This document shows positions 1 to 10,600 of a stretch of 60,000 nucleotides of DNA, in pieces. A program made the position numbers and the translations under genes. The stretch is from Felis catus (taxonomy: Eukaryota), in the NCBI RefSeq assembly GCF_018350175.1, contig NC_058383.1, forward strand, positions 6,202,001 to 6,262,000. Direction: 5' to 3'. The notes beneath the pieces were generated by a model. The model ran no database searches, was not told the origin of the DNA, and saw only the letters and a list, made by a program, of their open reading frames with translations. How positions within the stretch are numbered: position 1 is the first letter of the stretch; each line of letters opens with the position of its first letter.

Positions 1-76
1 TTGGGATTCTCTCTTTGTCCCTTCCCCACTTGGGCACGCACTCACTCGCTCTCTCTCTCAAAATAAATAAACTAAA
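1..76 (+). mobile_element. Can-SINE 3' end, truncated by the window edge
   Basis: (CT)n tract followed by aaaataaataaa tail. Confidence 0.8.
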
Positions 77-341
77 GGGGGGGTAAGGGTTAAAAAAATT
101 AGCCTTAGGATCTAATGTTGCTGATTATTTGGTGGGTCTTTGGTCTCTTTCTGTAAAAAACAATGATCCTGTAATTTCTGGGCAGCTGCAGACCGATTTT
201 AAGCATTTGTTATTTTGCATTGCAAAGGGTTTTTTTTAAAAGGTTGCACAGATTACCTGTACCACAAAAACAGTGGGATCATAGGCTGCCTGTCTGCAGT
301 ATATGCTTTGATTCTAGCTTGACATCTAACTTCAGGATTTT

Positions 342-566
342 TTTTTTTTTTAATTTTTTTTTTCAACGTTTATTTATTTTTGGGACAGAGAGAGACAGAG
401 CATGAACGGGCGAGGGGCAGAGAGAGAGGGAGACACAGAATCGGAAACAGGCTCCAGGCTCTGAGCCATCAGCCCAGAGCCCAACACGGGGCTCGAACTC
501 ACGGACCGCGAGATCGTGACCTGGCTGAAGTCGGACGCTTAACCGACTGCGCCACCCAGGCGCCCC
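342..566 (-). mobile_element. Young feline Can-SINE (SINEC_Fc-like)
   Basis: Full tRNA-derived head, CT tract and A tail; 15-bp TSD taacttcaggatttt (327-341 and 567-581). Confidence 0.95.
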
Positions 567-599
567 TAACTTCAGGATTTTCTGTATATTTCTTTTCTC

Positions 600-618
600 T
601 TTTTCTTTCTTTCTTTCT

Positions 619-651
<33 letters not shown>

Positions 652-816
652 ATGTGTTTATTTTGAGAGACACACTCAGAGAGAGAGAATCCCAAGCAGG
701 CTCTATACTGTCAATACAGAGTCTGATGTGGGGCTCGATCCCAGGAGCCAAGATATCATGACCTGAGCCCAAATCAGGAGTCAGACACCCAACCGACTGG
801 GCCACCCAGGCGCCCC
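600..816 (-). mobile_element. Can-SINE (older) with (TTTC)n/poly-T tail
   Basis: ...gactgggccacccaggcgcccc head; gagagagaatcccaagcaggctc body. Confidence 0.9.
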
Positions 817-1395
817 ATCCTCTTTTTCTTTTTGAAAGGTCAAACTACTTCCCTATCCAAAGCAGTCGCATTGAGTTAAGCTCAGCCATTAGTGAACGAC
901 CTCTGCCACGTCACAGGCTAACATTTCCGTCATACAGCGTGCCCAGCTCATGGTGACTTTCCACTCTTTTCCCATAGTAAGTGTGAGAAGATTTTATCTC
1001 ACAACCCAGTGTGTCCACACAGTACATAGACAAGGCATCTGTGTGTGTAAACCACAGAGATAAAAGTTTTAAGAAGCAATACTCTGTTTTCTAATAGTTT
1101 TTTTTATGACATCATCTTTTAGATTGATTTCAAGATCCACAGTTTCAAAGATAGTTCCTTTTGGAAGGATATTTAAATTTTATTTTTTAGACCCAATTTT
1201 AATGACTTTCAGATTTTTAATATTGAGTATTAATGTCTTTCATAAGCATTTAAAAGGGGGTTTGACTAAATACTTAAAGCAAATTTGTTAAAAGAAATGT
1301 GAAGTCCTCCTGTATTAATAAAATGTGGTCCTTGTGTAGTGGATGGCACCGGAGTGTTGACGTCATCTGTGTGTGGCCTGTGTTCTCCACCGCAG

Positions 1396-1609
1396 GAGCA
1401 GCCTAATCAAGTCAACTATGGAAATATTTGCACGGGATTGGAAGTTCTGGGTTTCTTGCTCACCGTCTTGCAGTCTCCAGCCATCCTCAGCAGCTTCAAA
1501 CCTCTGCAGCGTGGGATCGCTGCGTGCATGACATGCGCGAACACCAAGGTTCTCCGAGCGGTCCATAGCCTTCTCTCCCGCCTAATGAGCATTTTCCCAA
1601 CAGAGCCAA
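1396..1609 (+). CDS. TRRAP: TRRAP exon (window exon 1): EQPNQV...IFPTEP
   Basis: ccgcag|GAG acceptor; CCAA|gtaggt donor; phase 0 to 1. Confidence 0.95.
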
Positions 1610-4600
1610 GTAGGTGACCTTTGCTCTGGTGCCTCAGTGGATGGGAGGGCACAGAGCTTGTCACTCGAGAGTGCTCCTCCTCCAGTTACTATAGTGAGCG
1701 TTTACTTCGGGCTTTCCATCTTTCTTTGAAAAAAAATTTTTCTTGACCTAAGAACTTAACGGCGGCAGTCGTTGCATTATGTTTTTTGTTTTGCTTTGGA
1801 AATGCTGTTACTCATCAGCCGAACGTGACTTTCCTTAGGCAGTAAAGGAAGTTGGGTTACAGTGTTTTGTCCAATGTCAAACGGTCGAGGTCAAACTTTG
1901 GCATACTGTAAGTGAGTGGATCTTGGGTGCACTCCGGGAAAGCTCAGGGGATAAAACGTTGTCCCTTAGCTCTGTAAAGTCGGAATCCTCTCAGAGATGA
2001 GCGCCACAAGTCCTGCAGTGTGAGAGAAGCGCCCATGCCAGTTGTCCCACATCCCAAGATAACTAAGGCTCCAGACCTAGTGTGAGGAAGGTCAGTGTCC
2101 CGGTGCCCCGATGGGCCTGAGAACCTAAACCGTAGGGCCCAGGTTCTCGCTTCTGTTTCAGGCACTTCCAGTGTGGCCTCCAAGTACGAAGAGCTGGAGT
2201 GCCTCTATGCGGCCGTCGGAAAGGTAATCTATGAAGGACTCACCAACTATGAGAAGGCCACCAATGCGAATCCCTCCCAGCTTTTCGGTGAGTTTGGGTC
2301 CGATTTAGATTTTCTGTAGCAGCGGTTCCTTTTGGCGTCGGTCTCTGTGCTCTCTGGACGAGCTTTCCTTCTCGGAAAGGGTCAGGACGTCAGCTGGAGC
2401 TTTGAGCTGACATGCGCTGAGGGTGTCGTGTGTGGCCTGGTACACGTGAGTCCCCAGTCCCCTGTGGTCTTTGAGGGAAATGGCCTCCTCCCAACCAATG
2501 TCTGTGTTCCCTCGGTTCCTCCCGCCCCAGCCTCAGGTGCAGGATTGGGCTGTGGGGGAGCTGCCCCGTGTGGTGCGGGTCCTGCTGCCCCGGCTTCACG
2601 TCACACACGGAGCCGCTGCTAAAGTAGTGTGCACAGATGTGTAATTGCTGCCTTTCACTATACGGTCACCCGTGTTGAAGCCACTCCCAAGACGAGAACT
2701 AGTCCCTGTCTACGTGGTGAGGCTCTGGCTGCCCCAGGTGAGACAAGAGTTGGTTTTTCAGGTAATCGGGGCAGCCGGACGACTTGGGCCTCCAGATACT
2801 CAGAAGTCAAATGCGTAGCTACTTTACTCTGCTCTTTGTGAAAGTCACGGACTTAGGGTTAGCAGTTTAAAAAATGCTTTTTTAACTTAGTCATTGTATG
2901 AAATTTTGAAAATACAAAAGAAGGAAAACTAAAAGTCTCTTTGCTTAGTAAATATTCACTATTAACTAACGTCTTGATGTGTGTCTTTTTTTCTGTGTAC
3001 TTGTATGTAAACACATAGGTAGCTTTTATCATGCACACACTTGCATCTGAATCTGCAAACTGAATACGTTACATCTGAATGAGTTTCTTGCTCTCCAGAC
3101 CCTTGCTACTTGCTATCTGACATGAGGGAACCAGATAAATTTATCTAAAATTGTATCCCTTAGTATTCAAGCTTGCCAGCTCTATTCTGGAACCGGGTGG
3201 ATTTAGATGGTTGAGGAATCCTTTTGTGACTTTTGTTAAGGCGGGTCATGTAGATCCTGCTTCGCAGCCTGGCTTCCAGAGTTTGAATGTCTTCTTAATT
3301 CTCTGGAGGACTCTGAAGAGCTGACCACCATTGGCCCTGCCTCCCTCCTTTGTGGGGGTGACAGCAGGCCGGGGGCAGCACTGGGGCTAGTGCCTGGAGT
3401 CTTGTCACAGCAGTCTTCCTGCCCTAGACCCAGGGCTCAGTTACTGACTCATCATCACCAAGCGTCACCTGTCTCCTAAGACTCCGCCTTTTAACAAAGC
3501 AAGCCTAAAATTGTCCAAATCTGTGATGATTGCACCCATCAATGGCAAATGAATACCCTTATACTGGTCTATCATGGGAACTGTGAATACAAATTTAAAA
3601 TTTCATGTGTAGGTCAGGGTCAGGATGTTCCTAAAACATGTCAGGAAAGATTACGTTTTTTGCACATACTCAGTGTTTATGCTCTGATGTTAGTTTTGTT
3701 GACTTTTACTGGATTTTTACTGATCTTACTCAGTTTTTCAGAATGGGGTACAAATTGAATTCTAAAATATTTATCATGTCCAAATAGTCTAGATTTGTTT
3801 TTAAGGATTTTCTTTTTTTTTTCTTGTTCTATTTTCTTTTTTTTTTTTCAATTTTTTTTAATGTCAATTTTTTTTATTTTTGAGAGTGCGAGAATGCAAG
3901 CAGTGGAGGGGCAGAGAAGGAGGGAGACATAGGATCTGAAGCAGGCTCCAGGCTCTGAGCTGTCAGCACAGAGCCCAACGCGGGGCTCAAACTCACAAAC
4001 TGCAAGATCATGACCTGAGCCGAAGTCAGATGCTTAACCCAGGGGTTGCCACCCAGGCACCCCTCTTTTTTTTTTTGCCCAAACTTATCATGGGACAATA
4101 AATGTCACTTAGGGTGGTTTGCTATAACAAGGATAAAATCCAGAACTGAAGGTACGAATGTTGTATCTACCAAAGCGTAAAAATCGGCTCCCGTGCTTGG
4201 TGTGGATCGTGAATTCAGAATTGGGAGTGAAAATGCGGTGCTCCAGAGTGTAGTGTGTGTGGACAAAAGCTTCTAACGTTGACACTTGGGGTTTATCCAT
4301 ACTTGGTCAGAAACAACACATTTTTATTCAGTACACTTTAAAATGTTTTAAATAGCCCATTTTTGTTGATTACTGAGTTTTAAAAAAACTTTTCTTAAAA
4401 CCGAACACACCGATTTCTACCTCTTAGGGACCCTTATGATCCTCAAGTCCGCCTGCAGCAACAACCCGAGCTACATCGACCGGCTCATCTCGGTCTTCAT
4501 GCGCTCCCTGCAGAAGATGGTCCGAGAGCACCTGAACCCACAGGCAGCGTCGGGCAGCACAGAAGCTACCTCAGGTGACAACCAGGGCCCCCACGTTTTT

Positions 4601-7600
4601 TTCTCAGACTTCATGGAACACCAAAAGGGTGCTGCTGTGTGATTGAATTCTGAAACCAACGTGAATTCCTGTTTTTTTTGTGCAGTCCGCTCTCCGTTTG
4701 CTTTCAAAAAAGAAGTTCTGAGCATTTCATATAAAACCAAAGTGAGATCGTTTTTAAAATGAATTACATTCCAGGGGCACCTGGGTGGCTCAGTCGGTTA
4801 AGCCTCTGACTTTGGCTCAGGTCATGATCTCACAGTCTGTGAGTTCGAGCCCCGCGTTGGGCTCTGTGCTGATGGCTCAGAGCCTGGAGCCTGCTTCAGA
4901 TTCTGTGTCTCCCTCTTTCTCTCTGCCCCTCCCCTGCTCGTGTGCTCACTCGCTCTCTCAAAAATAAACATTAAATTTTTTTTTCATGAATTATATTCCA
5001 AATTTGTGAATGTAGGGATGAAATTTTTAAGCGGGCTGGATATTTATGTGGGGCATTCACTGCTGAGTGAGAGCTATCCAGTGGTTTTGCCGTAAAACCA
5101 AATGCATAATCAGAGCTTTATGCCTTATGAAAAATGAAGTTGCAGGTTCTGGGCCCGAGAAGTGGGCCCCAGGATCCTGAGGGATAAAGTTGTTGGTTGC
5201 AGGGGCGGGGCCACGTGTGCCCAGAGTTGGCACCACTGCTAGAGGCCCATCGGAGCAGAAGTGCTGTGAACGTGGCTTGAGGACTGCCTGTGTCTGGGTG
5301 TCCGGCACTGGTCCGTCCGCTCCATCGTCCCCTTGCCCGTGCGGAGGCGCTTATGAGGCCCCTCTTGCAGGAGAGTATGTGGGGGGCAGGGTGGGACAGA
5401 ATCTGACGTGCCACATCATGCATCATGTGGATTGTTGGGGTGCTCCCCTTTTCTCTGCACAAGCAGGAACAGGAGAGCTGGTGATGCTGAGTCTGGAGCT
5501 GGTGAAAACGCGCCTGGCCGTCATGAGCATGGAGATGAGGAAGAACTTCATTCAGGCCATCCTGACCTCCCTCATTGAAAAGTCGCCGGATGCCAAAATC
5601 CTCCGGGCTGTAGTGAAAATCGTGGAAGAGTGGGTGAAAAACAATTCCCCGATGGCAGCCAGTCAGGTGAGCAGCGAGAGGGCTGTGCTCGGGTCAGGCA
5701 TCTGCTGCTGTGCAGGCAGAAGTCCAAGCATGGCCTGCTCAGCTCTTCTCCTCACGCTTCTCCGGCAACACGCTTTTTCCCATGTTGGCATTTGCAGGAT
5801 TTTTTGTTAAGATGGATTTCTCTCATGGCACTTAACATTTTAAATAGATGCTCAAGGTGACCAGTCACTCTTTTTAATGTGTATTTGTATTAAGATGCTA
5901 AATGAATCTTATTTCTTAGTCTTTGTGGTGCTAAAGGTAAGCATCCAAAAAATTAACGATATGGGACTGTTACTGAATTTAGTAAGGTGATTGCAAACTT
6001 CTGATTTGTTTGATAATTTAGTTACTTTCTCTCCAAAGTGAGCTGCAGCCCCTAGGAAAATCAGATTGGCAGCTGTCTTGATTTTAAGGATTTGCAGACA
6101 GCCAGAGGCAGGCTCTTTCCATTTAGAAAGGAACTTGTCTTACTTTACTTGACAAAATTTTAGGAGCTTAAAAAATAAAGCAGATGGCTGAAATGCTTTT
6201 GAATTTATCTTTTCTCAAATAGACGTAATTGACCTTTTCTTTTAAAAAAAACCCAATTCATACAGACACCTACACTCCGGGAGAAGTCCATTTTGCTTGT
6301 GAAAATGATGGCCTACATAGAAAAGCGCTTTCCGGAAGACCTTGAATTAAATGCCCAGTTTTTAGACCTCGTTAACTATGTCTACAGGTAATGACAGCGG
6401 TTAACCAAACATTGCGCGTATGTGTCTACAGTACGTTCTTTAATTAACCTACGTAACGTTGAATCGCTTCACGATAGTTAAATTTTAAACATACCTACAC
6501 TTAATCCCAGAACATATTTTTGTGCCATTAACGCACCTTTTGCTCAAATGCTGCGTCGGCCTATGGTAATTCATGATCCACTCTCGGCTTTCGTAGCGGC
6601 ATTTAGGAGCGTTCTCGCCCGCTTGTTTTCTGCCTGTTGGCTTCCGGCTTGCAGAGTCCCCCTCTGGTGTAGCTCTTCCACCCCGTGTTCCTCTTTCTGT
6701 TTCAGGGATGAGACGCTGTCTGGCAGTGAGCTGACTGCGAAACTCGAGCCAGCCTTCCTCTCCGGGCTGCGTTGCGCCCAGCCCCTCATCAGGGCAAAGT
6801 TTTTTGAGGTTTTTGACAACTCTATGAAACGTCGGGTATACGAGCGCCTGCTTTACGTTACCTGTTCCCAGAATTGGGAAGCCATGGGGAACCACTTCTG
6901 GATTAAGCAGTGCATTGAGGTAGGACGGGCCCAGCTCACCGTCCCTGGCAGGGCACTGAAGCAGGAGGCATCAACATTGTCTGAGATGAATTAGAAACCT
7001 CCACCATAAACTGCTGTCCTCTCTTCCAGGAAGAAAAAAAAGACTTTTAAAGCTTTGTTTTCAGCTCGAGGGGTTTTTTTAGGGGTGGTTTTAAGCTCCT
7101 AGAAAATTGAATAGTGTTCTTTAGTGTGTAGCCAGAGGTTTGTTTTTCCTCAACTGTGAAAATTGTAAATTCTGTCTATGCGCCCTTGAAGATTTAACGT
7201 ACTGTGTCACGTCTCATCATTCTTAGAGCAGGAAGGTAGAGCAGCCAGGCCAGACCAGCCTGACAAAGCCACAGACGTGGATCCCTTAGTGCGAGGGGCC
7301 AGCATGCCAGTGACAGAGGCCTGTGTGAAATGGTCAGACCGATTCAGTGGATGGTCAGATGTTTCTAACAGGATTGTGGGGAGAGATCTGTTTTCTTGTT
7401 TCTTGTTCATATCCGCTGCCTTTCATTGGCTTAGTTATCTGCTTACTACACCAGGCAGCCTAGTTTCCCATCGGTTATCGATGCTATGCAGATAATTCTA
7501 GTCTGCTTGTTTACAAGTGAAGCTACAAGGTTACCAAATTACTTTGCCTAATGAGATAGAAGATTGTGGAATCTTCTTTAGGGGCACAAGCTGGGGATCT

Positions 7601-10600
7601 GCCATTCCTTGCCTCGTTTGTCCTGTGCATCTGGTCTGTCGCCAGGGGTTACCAGTTCAGGGCCACCTGCTTCTCACCCTTTTTTCTTCTTCTGCCCTCT
7701 TGGGGCCACCATCATTGCTCACCACCCTAGTTTTGTTATTGTTGCAAAATTGTCCTTAATAATGCTGATTGTGTGTGTCACTCCTTGCCTTTATACTTGG
7801 CACAAAATCCAGCCTCCAGGACACGTCTTTCCAGCCCCCATGTGACCAGACCCTTTCCTCTCTCCAGCTCGATACTGACCTCCCTGTCTCCCTCCTCCCT
7901 CGGTGGTCTCCAGCCCTACTGGCCTTTTGTGTTCTCAGACATGCCACATTCTTAACACCTAAGCTAAAAGGGGCACCCTTTTGTTCTGTTGGTCTCCCTG
8001 TTTCTTGGCTCTGTCCTTACAGTGAGTATGTATCTTTTTTGGTTTGGTTTTGGGTTATTGGTTGTTGTCGTCGTTTTCTGTTTCTGTTTGTTATTATGTG
8101 TCTGTTTACGTGTTGATGTTGGGCTTGTCCTTCCCCATGACACTTCAGCTCCACCGGGGCAGGGGCAAGAGTGGCTTAGTTTGGGGGGCATCCAGGTCAA
8201 GAGGCAAAGGCCAGGTGGCAAAGCGTATTGGGATGTGGGGAATAGTCGTGGAAGTATTGGGTGTGGGTACGAGTGTTACGTCAGGGATGAGCTCGTGAGC
8301 CATGCCGAGTAGCTTGCACTGTCCCCTGGCGGCCATGGAAGCCACTGGGGGCCACAGGGAGAAGGGCACTGAGTCAGCTGTGTGTGAGGAGACGATTTGG
8401 GAAGAAGAAGTCCATGAGTTAGGAACTTAGTCTGGGCAGGAGTTGATAGCAGGAGGAAGCCCGTCTGGTAGGGGAGAAAGATACTGAATTTCTGCTTAGA
8501 CACCGAGTCAGAGGTGCCGAGTGAGGGGTGTCTGGAGGAACAGTTCAGACCCTTTGTCTGACTGAGCCGGGGAGAAGCAGAGCTGTGGGCTCACGAGTCA
8601 ACACCCTATGTGTGCCAGTCGTGAGAACTAGGTGTCAGCCATGGGTCCCTGCACCCCAAATGCCAGGCTAATGTTCTAGGTTTGTCTTCTTTTCATAAAT
8701 CCTTTCCAGCTGCTTCTGGCGGTGTGTGAGAAGAGCACTCCCATTGGTACCAGCTGCCAAGGAGCCATGCTCCCGTCCATCACCAATGTCATCAACCTGG
8801 CCGACAGCCACGACCGAGCGGCCTTCGCCATGGTCACACATGTCAAGCAGGAGCCTCGGGAGCGAGAGAACAGCGAGTCCAAAGAGGAAGTAATGCTCCA
8901 GATTGTGTGGTCCCTTCCTTTTCACAGCAGAATTCCCATTTCTGTGGACGAATTTGATATCAGCCTTAGATTTTGGGGGGGGGGGGGGGGGGGGGTTGGG
9001 AGGGCAAGAGCAATGCATTAAAACCTGTCTCTACCTGAAAGTTCTGGATGTGGTACCTCTGTTCAGTTAGATGTTTCTCTTTTTTTATTATCGAGGTGTA
9101 ACTGACATACAACATTATGTTAGTTTCAAGTGTCCGATGTAACGATTCAATATTTGTATATATTACTAAATGATCACCAGGATACCTCTAGTTAACATGT
9201 GTCACCACGCAGTTACCAGATTTTTTTTCTAATGAGAGCTTCTAACATTTACTCTCCTGGAAACTTCCAGATATGCAATACAGTAGCATTACCCATAGTC
9301 ACCATGCTATACATTGATTGCATCCCTATGACTGACTTATAACTGGAAGTTTATACCTTTTGGCCCCCCTTTGGCCCATTTTGCCCTCTCCTAATCCTGC
9401 TGCCTCTGGCAAGCACCAGTCTGTTCTCCATAAGATTTTTTTTTTTTTTTGTAAGATTCCACATATAAGTGAGAACATAGGGTTTTTGTCATTGTCTGAC
9501 TTCTTTCACTTAGCAGAATGCCTTCAAGATCCATCCATGTTGTTGCAAATGGCAAGATTTCTTTCCTTTTTATGGCTGAATAATACTCCATTGTACTTAC
9601 ACACACCGCATCTTTATCCATTCATCTGTTGATAGACACTTAGGTTAAATTGATAAGCATCTCGTACTGCCATTTAATTTCGAGATAGATCACTTTATTG
9701 TGAGCTAGTCTTGCTTAGTACAGGTTATTCTACTGTTCGGTGATTTTTCTCTCCCAAGTGAGAAGAAGCCATGTTGTGTTAACAGCACTACCCTAGGGAG
9801 GGACGCCTCCCAGGGCTCCAGCAGGTTCTACCAGCAGCCTGCTGTGAACCTCCCAAGTCTCCACCTCGTCCTGGTGGGGGCAGCCCTGGAGCCCAGAACT
9901 GGCTAGCAAGGCTGAGGTCTTTGTCCCGATGGCCCTCAGTGCTCCATGAGGAGTAGCCGCCACTACTCCAGGCGTAGACCTTTAAACTTGGGTCTCCTTT
10001 AGGTTGTTTGCTCTTGGAAGCTCAGTCTTTCCCCGGAGTGCTGGGTTTTAGAAGCAGCCACCCAGGATTGCAAAAGGAGGCACCCTTTTTGCTCTGAAAG
10101 GGTAGTCTGATGCCACTCCTGTATGTGGGATATCTACTCATTCTGTTATCAAATAAGAATTTAAAATCTCCTTCTGTTGCTGAACACTAGATGATCTAGT
10201 GATACGATCTTTCCTTCCTGTTACTCTCCTGTATGAAGTAAATTGCCAACTTGGTCATTGTTGCGCTTTTTCAGGGGCACATACCAAATGGTTGATAACT
10301 CAGAGGCTTGCTTGATGATTGAATTTTGGCTGTGACTTCTCAGAGGCTTCAGACAGAAAGAAGGGTTTACTCCTTTTTGGGAATGAGTCATATAAAACAT
10401 TGTGCCAACAGGTTCTGTGCAGTGACCCTGACCATATTCTTAATCTGAATGAGCGAGGCAGCTGTACTGCATTTTGAGGAATGATAGGCTGTAATTCCTT
10501 ATCATTGTTATTTTACTGCTTAGAATTTGCACTTTTTCATTTTGCTTTCCACAATCCAAATAGAAGAGCAAAACAGTGATCTTTCCATAGTGTCATTTAG

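Noticed and set aside
363..766. 110-128 aa ORFs, and similar ones at 11458, 35140, 46156 and 56790
   Set aside because: These are translations of Can-SINE sequence; the same peptides recur at each SINE copy
5190..5810. 206-aa ORF extending either side of exon 4
   Set aside because: Only 5467-5666 is TRRAP-like and bounded by splice sites; the flanks are GC-rich intron read-through
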